A DNA stretch of 64,000 nucleotides, taken from IMG/VR virus record IMGVR_UViG_3300023109_000007, positions 64,001 through 128,000 of that record; one strand, 5' to 3'. The notes under the pieces are model-generated. The model was not told the origin of the DNA and searched no databases. It saw nothing but the letters and a program-made list of their open reading frames with translations. Position 1 is the stretch's first letter; each line of letters starts with the position of its first letter. Source of the stretch: a virus. The translations under genes and the position numbers were made by a program. Of the stretch, positions 28,323 through 37,260 are shown in pieces.

Positions 28323-28571
28323 ATGATACTTCGAGAACTATTTTATTTTGATAAAGAAACAATTGATCCGGTAGACGATAAGTCTTATGAGCCGGAAAAT
28401 GATTCATCACCTGTTAAAAAAGATGACACTCGCAAGACTAGACTTACATTACGCCAAATCAATCGGGTTCGCAAAGCAAACGAATTACATACAGAACAAT
28501 CAAAGAATGATCTATTCTTTGTTAGACAAATGTATGGCATTGCTTCTAATGCTGAAGCCGGTGGGGTTTAA
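28323..28571 (+). CDS. Small head-module protein
   Basis: 82-aa ORF (MILRELF...RKTRLTLRQINRVRK...VRQMYG) between portal and protease. Confidence 0.7.
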   Translation: MILRELFYFDKETIDPVDDKSYEPENDSSPVKKDDTRKTRLTLRQINRVRKANELHTEQSKNDLFFVRQMYGIASNAEAGGV

Positions 28572-29329
28572 TGGGTAAATTAGATAAGTCACAATACACA
28601 AAAGAGCAATGGAAAAAAATTAAAGCAGAACGCAACGCTGCAAAAGCACGTTCACGAGCTGCTAAAGAAGTAGCAAAGAGAAATGCATTAATAGAAGCAT
28701 GTGCTAAAAAGATTTCCAAAAGAATAAAAGATTCTAAATGTGCATTTGTATTAGGCAATGGCGCAAGTAGAAAAGAAATAGATTTACATCTATTAAAAAG
28801 TGCAGGATGTGTATACGGTTGTAATGCACTGTACAGAGAGTTCGAACCTGATTATCTAGTTGCTGTCGATACTAAAATGATTATTGAATTGCATAAAGCA
28901 GGGTATCAAAGAACTCACGAAGTTTGGACCAACCCAAACAAAGCGTATACTAATTATCACGGATTTAATTTTTTTCAACCTAGCAAAGGCTGGAGCAGTG
29001 GACCAACAGCATTATGGTTATCAAGTCAACATGACAACGAAGTAATTTATATACTAGGCTTTGATTATAAAGGCCATGAAGACGGTAAACGCTTTAACAA
29101 TATATACGCAGACACATTCAATTATAAAAAGAGTAACGATAGTGCAACATATTTTGGAAATTGGATGCGTCAAACTACTACTGTTATTAAAGAAAATCCT
29201 AAAAAAAGATATATAAGAGTAATAGAAGAAGAAGGATTTATTCCGCAAGATTTAAAAATCCTTCCTAATTTAGAACACATTTTTGTCAAGGATTTATTAA
29301 AAATTCTTCAAGATCCTGATATTCTATAA
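28571..29329 (+). CDS. Maf/DUF115/sialyltransferase-like Rossmann protein
   Basis: AFVLGNGASR, YGCNALYR, PDYLVAVD, WSSGPTAL and IYILGFD motifs. Confidence 0.55.
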   Translation: MGKLDKSQYTKEQWKKIKAERNAAKARSRAAKEVAKRNALIEACAKKISKRIKDSKCAFVLGNGASRKEIDLHLLKSAGCVYGCNALYREFEPDYLVAVDTKMIIELHKAGYQRTHEVWTNPNKAYTNYHGFNFFQPSKGWSSGPTALWLSSQHDNEVIYILGFDYKGHEDGKRFNNIYADTFNYKKSNDSATYFGNWMRQTTTVIKENPKKRYIRVIEEEGFIPQDLKILPNLEHIFVKDLLKILQDPDIL

Positions 29330-29435
29330 AAACGAGTCGTTTTGAGCCTATTTCTACGTACTTTTCTGTATAAAGAGTAAATATATTATGACAGCCCACG
29401 CCCTCGAGGCGTACATACATTTATAGGAGATGAAA

Positions 29436-30416
29436 ATGGCAGATCGCAGCAAATTTGAAGAAATGCTCGAGCGTCTTATCAATGAAGATAAGGATGGCGC
29501 AGAAGAGCTATTCCACGAGATTGTAGTAGAAAAATCACGTGATATATACAACAACCTACTAGAAGATGAATCAGAAGTAGACGAGTCAGATGACGAAGTC
29601 GAAGAAGCTACTGATGAAGAAGTAGATGAGTCAGATGAAGATCTAGACGAAGCATCAGACGAAGAAGTTGATGAGTCAGACGAAGAAGTCGAAGAAGGTT
29701 TTGACCTTGACGAGTTCGAAGTAGAAGCTGACCCAATGGACGCAATGATGGGTGGTGACGCAGGCGACGACATGGAAATGGACATTGACATGGACGGCGG
29801 CGACGAAGAAGGCGACGACGAAGGTGATGAAGGCGATGTTGAAGATCGTGTAGAAGACCTAGAAGATGCGCTAGATGACCTAAAAGCAGAATTTGAAAAA
29901 ATGATGGCTGGTGACGACGAAGGCGACGACATGGATGACATGGGCGACGACGAAGGCGAAGAAGAGCCAGAAGAAGCATTTGCATTTGAAGCAAGCGACG
30001 AAGAAGTCGACGAAGCTGCTGATGAAGAAGTAGAAGAAACAACTGATGAAGAAGTAGACGAAGCAGAAGAAGAAACTGAAGAGTCAGAAAAATCAGCTGG
30101 TGAACAAATGCGCGAATACGTAGAAAAAGTAAGCGCAACAATGGGTGACAATGGTGTTAACAACAAGTCAGCACACGCAAGCCCAAATCACATGGGAGAC
30201 GGTACCTCAGCTAACATTCTAAATGGCGGCGAAGATAACGGTGGCGGTGACCATGCTGGTCTAGCAGATATTAATGCTAAAGAAGATGACGCAGGCAACA
30301 TTAACAAGCCAGGCGGAAAAGCATCTAAAGCAGGAAAATCACAGCCAGGCCACGGGGCTGAGAAAAAAGGTAAGCCCGAAGCAGCAGCTGATAAGAAATC
30401 ATCTATCGGCAGCTAA
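29436..30416 (+). CDS. Highly acidic prohead core protein
   Basis: D/E-rich with many EEVDE units; lies just upstream of gp21. ATG 29436 has proper spacing from the AGGAG SD. Confidence 0.7.
   Translation: MADRSKFEEMLERLINEDKDGAEELFHEIVVEKSRDIYNNLLEDESEVDESDDEVEEATDEEVDESDEDLDEASDEEVDESDEEVEEGFDLDEFEVEADPMDAMMGGDAGDDMEMDIDMDGGDEEGDDEGDEGDVEDRVEDLEDALDDLKAEFEKMMAGDDEGDDMDDMGDDEGEEEPEEAFAFEASDEEVDEAADEEVEETTDEEVDEAEEETEESEKSAGEQMREYVEKVSATMGDNGVNNKSAHASPNHMGDGTSANILNGGEDNGGGDHAGLADINAKEDDAGNINKPGGKASKAGKSQPGHGAEKKGKPEAAADKKSSIGS
29560..30085 (+). repeat. Coding tandem repeats (xxDEEVDE)
   Basis: Degenerate 21-24-nt GAYGAAGAAGTNGAYGAR units in two blocks (about 29560-29700 and 29990-30085). 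Confidence 0.7.
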
Positions 30417-30434
30417 TAGAGTAAGGAACTTAAA

Positions 30435-31058
30435 ATGATGAACTTACGAGAGCATTTGACATTCGACGCAGCTAGAATGGTCGTTGAATCTGCTAATGAA
30501 GGGAAAGACCTTTATATGAAAGGTATTATGATACAGGGCGGTGTGCGTAATGCAAACCAACGTGTATATCCTGTAAATGAAATTGGCAGGGCTGTCAAAA
30601 CCCTCAATGATCAAATAACGAACGGATTTAGTGTTCTTGGCGAAGTTGATCATCCAGAAGGCCTTAACATTAACCTAGACCGTGTTAGTCATATGATATC
30701 CGAAACTTGGATGGACGATGCAAACGGTTACGGTAAACTTAAAATTTTACCAACTCCAATGGGACAACTAGTAAAGACAATGCTTGAAAGCGGCGTCAAA
30801 CTAGGTGTCTCATCTAGGGGCTCTGGTAACGTTTCTGAAGACGGCAGTAACACCGTTTCAGATTTTGAAATTATCACTGTGGACGTTGTGGCTCAGCCTA
30901 GCGCCCCTGGTGCATATCCTACACCAATTTACGAACATCTAATGAATACACGTGGCGGATATCAGGCATATGAATTAGCGCAGGCAACTAAACACGACGA
31001 CAAGGCACAAAAGTATCTAAAGGAATCACTGATCAATATGATCAGTAAACTCCAATAA
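30435..31058 (+). CDS. gp21: Prohead core protease
   Basis: NANQRVYP, GEVDHP, VSH, TPMG, GVSSRGSG and DVVAQPSAPGAY motifs. Confidence 0.95.
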   Translation: MMNLREHLTFDAARMVVESANEGKDLYMKGIMIQGGVRNANQRVYPVNEIGRAVKTLNDQITNGFSVLGEVDHPEGLNINLDRVSHMISETWMDDANGYGKLKILPTPMGQLVKTMLESGVKLGVSSRGSGNVSEDGSNTVSDFEIITVDVVAQPSAPGAYPTPIYEHLMNTRGGYQAYELAQATKHDDKAQKYLKESLINMISKLQ

Positions 31059-31072
31059 ATTAGGAGAACGTA

Positions 31073-32182
31073 ATGATAGATGCACTGAAACACCTCTTTG
31101 AAAACGATGTAGTTTCCCAAGAGATCAGGGCTCAAATCGAGGAAGCATGGGAAGCAAAGATTCGCGAAAATAAATTAGCTGCTACAGCTGATTTACGTGA
31201 AGAATTTGCTCAGAAGTACGAACATGACAAATCTACAATGGTTGAAGCTATTGATAGTATGTTATCTGAAAAACTTGCTGAGGAAATTCAAGAATTTGCT
31301 GAAGATCGCAAACAACTCGCAGAAGCAAAAGCAAAATATGCTGTTGCAATGCGTGAAAATGCAGATCTTCTAAAAGATTTTGTTGTAGGTCAACTACAAG
31401 GCGAAATCAAAGAACTACATGCAGACAAAGCAGCAATGCAAGAAAACTACGCAAAACTCGAAGAGTTCGTAGTCGAGTCCCTATCAAATGAAATTGCAGA
31501 ATTTTATGAAGACAAAAAAGACTTAGCTGAAACAAAAGTACGTTTAGTACGTGAAGCTAAGACACACTTTGCTAAAGTCAAAAAGAACTTTATCGAAAGA
31601 AGTGCTACAGCAGTTTCTGAAATGGTTGGTAAATCACTTAAAGGTGAAATGGCAACTCTTAAAGAAGATATTGAAGCAGCACGTAGAAACGACTTTGGTC
31701 GTAAAATATTTGAAGCATTTGCAAACGAATATAGCATTTCACATTTAAATGAAAAAGGTGAAACTGCGAAGCTAATGAAAGTTGTTGAATTGAAAAATAA
31801 ACAACTATCAGAAGCAAAAGCATTTGCTACAAAAGCTAAAACACTTGCAGAAAAAACAAGCAAAGAGAAATCACGCTTAGTTGAAGCTGCAAAGCGTGAA
31901 AAAATTATGAACGATTTGATTTCGCCACTAGGCAAAGATCAAAGAGAGATTATGACAGACTTACTGGAATCTGTACAAACTGATCGTTTACGTAAACAGT
32001 TTGACAAGTATCTACCATCGGTTATCGATAGTGGAAATGCTCCAGCGAAGCAGAAGGCAGTTCTAGCAGAAGGCAAAACAATAACAGGCAACCGTGACGA
32101 TATGTCACAAACTAACGTTAGTAGAAAATCAGCAGACGATGGGAATGTCTTAGACATCCGTCGATTGGCTGGCTTAAATTAA
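31073..32182 (+). CDS. gp22: Prohead core scaffolding protein
   Basis: Charged coiled-coil protein between gp21 and gp23. Confidence 0.75.
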   Translation: MIDALKHLFENDVVSQEIRAQIEEAWEAKIRENKLAATADLREEFAQKYEHDKSTMVEAIDSMLSEKLAEEIQEFAEDRKQLAEAKAKYAVAMRENADLLKDFVVGQLQGEIKELHADKAAMQENYAKLEEFVVESLSNEIAEFYEDKKDLAETKVRLVREAKTHFAKVKKNFIERSATAVSEMVGKSLKGEMATLKEDIEAARRNDFGRKIFEAFANEYSISHLNEKGETAKLMKVVELKNKQLSEAKAFATKAKTLAEKTSKEKSRLVEAAKREKIMNDLISPLGKDQREIMTDLLESVQTDRLRKQFDKYLPSVIDSGNAPAKQKAVLAEGKTITGNRDDMSQTNVSRKSADDGNVLDIRRLAGLN

Positions 32183-32192
32183 GGAGATAATT

Positions 32193-33365
32193 ATGTCAGA
32201 ACTACTAGAAAGTCGCTGGCAGGATACCAAAACAGCTTTACTTGAAGGCCTATCAGGCAATAAAAAAGCAGTAATGGCTTCCACGCTAGAAAACACTCGC
32301 AAGTATTTGAGTGAAAGTGCAACAGCTGGTGCTACTTCCGCCGGTAACGTTGCTACTCTTAACAGAGTAATCCTACCAGTCATCAGACGTGTTATGCCAA
32401 CAGTAATAGCAAATGAGCTAGTTGGTGTACAGCCTATGACAGGTCCAGTGGGTCAAATCCACACATTAAGAGTTCGTTATGCGGACACTTTCAACGCAGG
32501 TGCATCAGGTGCAACAGCAGGTGAAGAAGCTCTAAGCCCATTCAAAATTGCTGAATCATATTCAGGTGCAACAGACGGCAAGGCTGCGGCAACAGCAGTA
32601 CAGGAAGGACAAGCTGGAAACAGAATGTCAATCCAAATCTTGAAACAAACTGTAGAAGCAAAAACACGCAAACTAAGCGCACGTTGGACCTTCGAAGCAG
32701 CTCAAGATGCACAGTCTATGCATGGCATTGACGTTGAAGCAGAAATCATGGCAGCTCTTGCACAAGAGATTACTGCTGAGATTGACCAAGAAGTTATTGC
32801 TTCGCTACAAACACTAGCAGGCACAGCAGCTGAAACATACGACCAAGCAGCAGTATCAGGTACAGCTACTTTTGTTGGTGACGAACATGCAGCACTTGCA
32901 GTTCAAATCAACAGAGTGTCAAACTTGATTGCACAGCGTACACGCAGAGGCGCAGGTAACTATGCAGTGGTATCACCATTTGCACTAACTATCCTACAGT
33001 CTGCAACTACAAGTGCATTTGCACGTACAACTGAAGGCACATTTGAAGCACCAACTAACACTAAAATGGTTGGTACATTAAACAATGCAATGAAAGTATA
33101 TGTAAACACATACTCAGCAGATAACGCTGATGTACTAATTGGTTACAAGGGATCAAGTGAGTCAGACGCACCAGCGTTCTATTGCCCATATATCCCACTA
33201 ATGTCAAGTGGTGTAGTACTAGACCCAGCATCATTCGAACCAGTCGTGAGCTTCATGACACGTTACGGATATGTTGAGCTAACTAACACAGCTTCGTCAC
33301 TAGGTAACGCAGCTGACTACTTAGGTAAAGTTGCTATTACTAATGGTAACGTTAGCTTTAGCTAA
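32193..33365 (+). CDS. gp23: Major capsid protein
   Basis: LVGVQPMTGPVGQI, VEAKTRKLSARWTFEAAQD, EITAEIDQE, AFYCPYIPL and FMTRYG; probable maturation site YLSE|S. Confidence 0.96.
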   Translation: MSELLESRWQDTKTALLEGLSGNKKAVMASTLENTRKYLSESATAGATSAGNVATLNRVILPVIRRVMPTVIANELVGVQPMTGPVGQIHTLRVRYADTFNAGASGATAGEEALSPFKIAESYSGATDGKAAATAVQEGQAGNRMSIQILKQTVEAKTRKLSARWTFEAAQDAQSMHGIDVEAEIMAALAQEITAEIDQEVIASLQTLAGTAAETYDQAAVSGTATFVGDEHAALAVQINRVSNLIAQRTRRGAGNYAVVSPFALTILQSATTSAFARTTEGTFEAPTNTKMVGTLNNAMKVYVNTYSADNADVLIGYKGSSESDAPAFYCPYIPLMSSGVVLDPASFEPVVSFMTRYGYVELTNTASSLGNAADYLGKVAITNGNVSFS

Positions 33366-33382
33366 GTTTATATAGTAATCCT

Positions 33383-33411
33383 AAAATAGGCGCTACGGCG
33401 CCTATTTTTTT
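33383..33411 (+). terminator. Rho-independent terminator after gp23
   Basis: AAAATAGGCGC-TACG-GCGCCTATTTT followed by a T run; UNCG-type tetraloop. Confidence 0.9.
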
Positions 33412-33431
33412 GGCTACAAATCTAAGTATCA

Positions 33432-33439
33432 CTAAATAC
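33432..33439 (+). promoter_or_regulatory. Late promoter (CTAAATAC) for the porin-like gene
   Basis: TAAATA core between the gp23 terminator and ATG 33482. Confidence 0.55.
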
Positions 33440-33481
33440 CCTGATACACATTCTTAAACTACCACAGAAAGGTAATACATT

Positions 33482-34489
33482 ATGAAACAGATATTGATTA
33501 CATTATCTGCAATATTTTCTATTATTGCAGCATCTGCTTACGCAGAAACAACAACAACTCTTGAACAAAGAGTTGCTAACTTAGAAAAGTCAGCACCTTC
33601 ACTTCCGGCAGGTGTGTTTATTAACGGTGAAATTGAATTATACATTGATCCTGATAGTACAACAAATAAAACGGAAACTAATGCAGAAATATTTATAGGT
33701 CTGCAAAATGAGATTGACCATCCTGTAATAAATTGGGCAGGAGCAAGCACACGCCTTGATTCAAAATATTCCTTAAACAGAACATTGGACAATACTATTG
33801 TTGAAAAACAATTAGGATTTGGAATTGCTGGTACAAGATTATATTTTGGCGAAACAGATGCTCAACGTTTAGGCTTTGCAAAAACATCTAAAATTGGCGC
33901 ACCATTAGTTATTACAGAGTCAAGTAGTAGAATTGACCATAATGAAAAAATTGTACTTACATTTGGTGGATGGAAAAACAACAACGAGTTTGAGTTTGAC
34001 GAATATAGATTACAGCGTGATACGCCATACGGCGGAGTTGTAGCATACGATCCAAATAATGAAGTAACATATGCAGGAGCAACAGTAAGTTTATTTGGAC
34101 TAGCTGATGTTTCTTATATGCGTATTGACAAAAAAGATGCAGTACTACAAGAAGGCTATTCAATTGGCACTCAAGTACTTCGTAGATACCGAATACCTGT
34201 AGGACTTGGAGTTGAAGTATGGGACGATGGCAACACTGGAACATTTACTTCTGAAAGTAGAATTGATATGGGAATAATGTACAATGTCAATAAAGAATTC
34301 ATGCTTACTGCACATAAAGTCAAAAATGACGATATTGGTACAGATGCAATGTACTACGGAGCATTATATACTGTAGGTAATATCCAAACTGGATTGTATT
34401 TGCACCAAGTAGATAGAACAAACACATGGACCGGTCAAAGAACTGAATATGCCGATAGTATGAAAGCTACAATTAAATATTCTTTTTAA
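33482..34489 (+). CDS. Outer-membrane porin-like beta-barrel protein
   Basis: Sec signal peptide (MKQILITLSAIFSIIAASAYA), short coiled coil, amphipathic beta strands, C-terminal ATIKYSF (BAM-type terminal Phe). Confidence 0.7.
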   Translation: MKQILITLSAIFSIIAASAYAETTTTLEQRVANLEKSAPSLPAGVFINGEIELYIDPDSTTNKTETNAEIFIGLQNEIDHPVINWAGASTRLDSKYSLNRTLDNTIVEKQLGFGIAGTRLYFGETDAQRLGFAKTSKIGAPLVITESSSRIDHNEKIVLTFGGWKNNNEFEFDEYRLQRDTPYGGVVAYDPNNEVTYAGATVSLFGLADVSYMRIDKKDAVLQEGYSIGTQVLRRYRIPVGLGVEVWDDGNTGTFTSESRIDMGIMYNVNKEFMLTAHKVKNDDIGTDAMYYGALYTVGNIQTGLYLHQVDRTNTWTGQRTEYADSMKATIKYSF

Positions 34490-34498
34490 AAAAAAAGG

Positions 34499-34526
34499 TT
34501 GACATCTTATATATAGATGCTATTAT
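34499..34526 (+). promoter_or_regulatory. sigma70-type promoter
   Basis: TTGACA (34499-504), 16-nt spacer ending in TGc, TATTAT (34521-26). Confidence 0.7.
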
Positions 34527-34534
34527 GTATATAT

Positions 34535-34740
34535 AAGCTAAACGACGGTTTAGATTAGATAGTGCAAGGAACGGTGTTGCGTAGTGACACAACTTGGCTA
34601 GTAGCTGTAGTGGCAACATATGAGTGTAGAGATACAAAGATATGTTTTTGGAAGTAACTATCCGATGCTAGGCTCCTCCGAACATGGCGAGAGCTACTAG
34701 GAGGTTGTTGGTATTCTCAGAGTCCAACCTATCACTTTAT
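34535..34740 (+). ncRNA. Candidate stand-alone structured ncRNA
   Basis: ORF-less and bracketed by a promoter and terminator. Helices include CTAGTAGCT/AGCTACTAG, AACATAT/ATATGTT with a GAGA tetraloop, GTGTTGC/GTGACAC and AGGTTG/CAACCT. Confidence 0.65.
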
Positions 34741-34744
34741 TATT

Positions 34745-34779
34745 AAAAGGTCTACCCACTAATGCGGTAGGCCTTTTTT
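34745..34779 (+). terminator. Rho-independent terminator
   Basis: AAAAGGTCTACC...GGTAGGCCTTTT followed by a T-rich tail. Confidence 0.8.
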
Positions 34780-34797
34780 CTTTTCTCTTAGACCTTT

Positions 34798-34901
34798 GAT
34801 AAATACTATTGTCAAATAGTGTGCCGCAAGGCGGACTTATGCTGTACCCACAGCGTAGCTCATAGAACGGGCATAGGACTACTTTTTATAGGAGAAAAAA
34901 A
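34798..34901 (+). promoter_or_regulatory. Late promoter (GATAAATA) plus structured 5' leader
   Basis: GCC-GCAA-GGC, TATGCTGT-ACCC-ACAGCGTA and GCTC...GGGC hairpins before the AGGAG SD. Confidence 0.55.
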
Positions 34902-35306
34902 ATGGGAAGACCAATTAATAAAAGATTTTTCGGAGAGCCAACAGCAGCTGGTTCTGAAATCAAAGTACGTTTTCGTGCTACAGGACAAGCAGAAGCAAAC
35001 GGCTGGATTGTAAAGCAATTAGGATCTAAGAAGTTCCGTTGCTACGATGGTACTAACACAATGGATTGTACAATCGTTGACAAATCACAAGGTACGTTAG
35101 CAGTAGGCGAAATGACGATTACAGTTAAAGACGATGGCGGCACAGCACGTCAAGTAACTAAAATTGCAGGACGCAAAGTAACACTTGACTCAGGCGCAAG
35201 TATTGCTTGGAACTTCAGTAATGCTACAGATGATGCAGCAGTTGAAATGGAAGAAGCTGGTACAGCTGATGACTTCACTGGCGCAGACGATTTCGAAGCT
35301 GACTAA
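34902..35306 (+). CDS. Putative virion structural protein
   Basis: 134 aa, strong SD, late promoter; MGRPINKRFFG...WIVKQLGSKKF. Confidence 0.65.
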   Translation: MGRPINKRFFGEPTAAGSEIKVRFRATGQAEANGWIVKQLGSKKFRCYDGTNTMDCTIVDKSQGTLAVGEMTITVKDDGGTARQVTKIAGRKVTLDSGASIAWNFSNATDDAAVEMEEAGTADDFTGADDFEAD

Positions 35307-35314
35307 AAATAAAT

Positions 35315-35335
35315 TAGGGGGATTTATTCCCCCTA
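35315..35335. terminator. Intergenic hairpin (weak terminator or mRNA stabiliser)
   Basis: TAGGGGGA-TTTAT-TCCCCCTA, with no long U tract. Confidence 0.5.
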
Positions 35336-35355
35336 CACTTAGCTAGGATTACATA

Positions 35356-36357
35356 ATGTCAAGATTTCTTAAAGTACCAAACGGTGATTACAAAATACAA
35401 GTACAAGATCAAGGATCTATTGTATTAGATACAGGCTTTCAAACAGGCCAAGTTCGCATCACTGGAGATCTTGTAGTTGAAGGTGACACAACAACTGTAC
35501 AGTCTGAGAACATGAGTGTTAGAGATAACATAATTGTTATTAATGACGGAGAAGCAGGTGTAGGTGTTACATTAAATGAAGCAGGATTAAGAATTGATCG
35601 AGGTAGTTTAGTTGATGCATTTATGGTGTTTGACGAAGACTTAACATGGACTGATCCAGTAACAGATAGTTTAAGAGAAGGTGCGTTTGTTTTCAAAGAT
35701 GTAAACGGCGGAGCAGTTGGCTTACGATGTAATAGTATATCAACAGGCGGCGGCGACTTATACTTAATTAATTCAAGTACTGGTGTTGTTAGTGTATCAG
35801 GTACAAACAACTATGAAAATAATGTTACTGACGATGACCACCTTCCTAATAAGAAATATGTAGATGATGAAATTATTAATGCGTTTGCTACAGTATTCCA
35901 AGCAAGAATTGGTGAAGGGTCTGTACTTCCTTCGTTTGTTGAAGTTGAAGATAACGAAGACACAACACTTCCAAGTGTTGTAAAGATTGGACTAGACGAT
36001 GTTGTTGTAGCAGAGTTCTACCGCAACAGAATAGAATTAAACGATTTAAGAATCGAAGGAACAAAACTAGAAACAGTTAACTCTAATGAAGACTTAGTAC
36101 TTTCTACACCAGGATCAGGCGTAGTACGAGTACAAGACGTACTAGAGATATCGTCAACACCTAGTATTGACGATCCAGATCAAAACTTATTACAAGCAGG
36201 TGTACAATACGAACCTGGCTTTCCGAGTAATGGTATTAGACTATATGTAAAAGAAAGAGAATTTGGCGGCAGCGGAGTTTTCTTCAAACATCAGGATCTA
36301 ACTAGAGACGAATTAATAAGTAAGAATAGATCAATAGTTTATAGTATGATATTTTAA
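35356..36357 (+). CDS. Virion structural/fibre-associated protein
   Basis: ITGDLVVEGDTTTV...DNIIVIN...AGLRIDRG and NKKYVDD fibre-type motifs. Confidence 0.65.
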   Translation: MSRFLKVPNGDYKIQVQDQGSIVLDTGFQTGQVRITGDLVVEGDTTTVQSENMSVRDNIIVINDGEAGVGVTLNEAGLRIDRGSLVDAFMVFDEDLTWTDPVTDSLREGAFVFKDVNGGAVGLRCNSISTGGGDLYLINSSTGVVSVSGTNNYENNVTDDDHLPNKKYVDDEIINAFATVFQARIGEGSVLPSFVEVEDNEDTTLPSVVKIGLDDVVVAEFYRNRIELNDLRIEGTKLETVNSNEDLVLSTPGSGVVRVQDVLEISSTPSIDDPDQNLLQAGVQYEPGFPSNGIRLYVKEREFGGSGVFFKHQDLTRDELISKNRSIVYSMIF

Positions 36358-36367
36358 AGGATAAAAG

Positions 36368-36745
36368 ATGGCAATTAGCAGTGTAGCAGTAGCAAATACA
36401 GATACAGATTTAATACTTGTACCAGATCCGGTTGCAGGATGGGATCCTGCAACATCACCTGAACCTACAATAAGGTATGCAGTTACAACTATTATGGTTT
36501 GTAATACTTGGGTACCTAATCCAGTTCATGAAGAAGATGGTATAACAAATTTTGATTTGCATCTTGTTAAAAGAGATGAACCAAAGAGTGACACAAATAA
36601 GATTATAAATGCTTTACAATTACCTGCAGGTGAAACATTTACTTTTGATTCAGAAAAAATAATTCTAGAATCAGGTGATAAAGTAGTTATAGTAGGTGAA
36701 TCACCTACTAATCTAAGTGCAACGGTAAGTTACTTAGAGGTATAA
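36368..36745 (+). CDS. Small structural protein (paralogue of 44990 and 59844)
   Basis: Shared pattern xxP...V..(C/T)N...LP..T.....K.I......V...S.......SY.E. Confidence 0.65.
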   Translation: MAISSVAVANTDTDLILVPDPVAGWDPATSPEPTIRYAVTTIMVCNTWVPNPVHEEDGITNFDLHLVKRDEPKSDTNKIINALQLPAGETFTFDSEKIILESGDKVVIVGESPTNLSATVSYLEV

Positions 36746-36746
36746 A

Positions 36747-37256
36747 ATGAGATTAATTAAAGCACAAAGCACAAATTTAAGAAGTATTCGAGGCAAAGGC
36801 GTTAGATACGATATAAATGACCAAGTTATTATGGATTCAAAGACTGGTATGCTTGTGCCTAAAGGGCCTGAAAGAGATAGACCTTTTTATCCTGAAAATG
36901 GATTTGTTAGATATAATACTAACGACGAACAATTAGAAGCATATCAAAACGGTGCTTGGAGAGAAATACGCTTCAAAGAACCTAATCAAGATCCTGGTAT
37001 TGTACAGCAGTCATTAGGTGTCGGCGACGAAGTTGAAACAGACTTTGGACCATTAAACAGTGCTGATGCAGACTTTCCTGTGCCAGCTGCTGCACAAAAT
37101 GTCTTAGTATTTGTTGAAAATGTATTCCAAATTTCAACAACAAACTATATACTGGTTCAAAATCCAGCAGGAAAAACACCAGGATGGTATATTAGGTTTA
37201 GCACAGCAGTTCCATTCGGAAAACCAGTTACTGTACTACATAACTTTGACAAGTAA
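36747..37256 (+). CDS. Structural protein with fibre-type RP...G..RYN module
   Basis: VPKGPERDRP...GFVRYNT...LEAYQNGAW and VLVFVENVFQ. Confidence 0.65.
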   Translation: MRLIKAQSTNLRSIRGKGVRYDINDQVIMDSKTGMLVPKGPERDRPFYPENGFVRYNTNDEQLEAYQNGAWREIRFKEPNQDPGIVQQSLGVGDEVETDFGPLNSADADFPVPAAAQNVLVFVENVFQISTTNYILVQNPAGKTPGWYIRFSTAVPFGKPVTVLHNFDK

Positions 37257-37260
37257 AACC

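Noticed and set aside
29328-29412. Small palindromes upstream of the head core operon (AAAACG-AGT-CGTTTT; ACGCC-CTCGA-GGCGT)
   Set aside because: Too short and isolated to support a specific function.
29560-30085. CRISPR-like or guide array
   Set aside because: The repeats are degenerate, in-frame coding units for EEVDE with no unique spacers.
24802-30166. Long antisense ORFs (e.g. 24802-25440, 25594-26418, 29354-30166, 29608-30141)
   Set aside because: They are shadows of low-complexity, codon-biased sense genes, with no SD, promoter or recognisable motifs. The same applies to the other short nested ORFs in the track.
34819-35013. Alternative 64-aa ORF overlapping 34902
   Set aside because: GTG start without SD, inside a structured leader; ORF 34902 has the strong SD.
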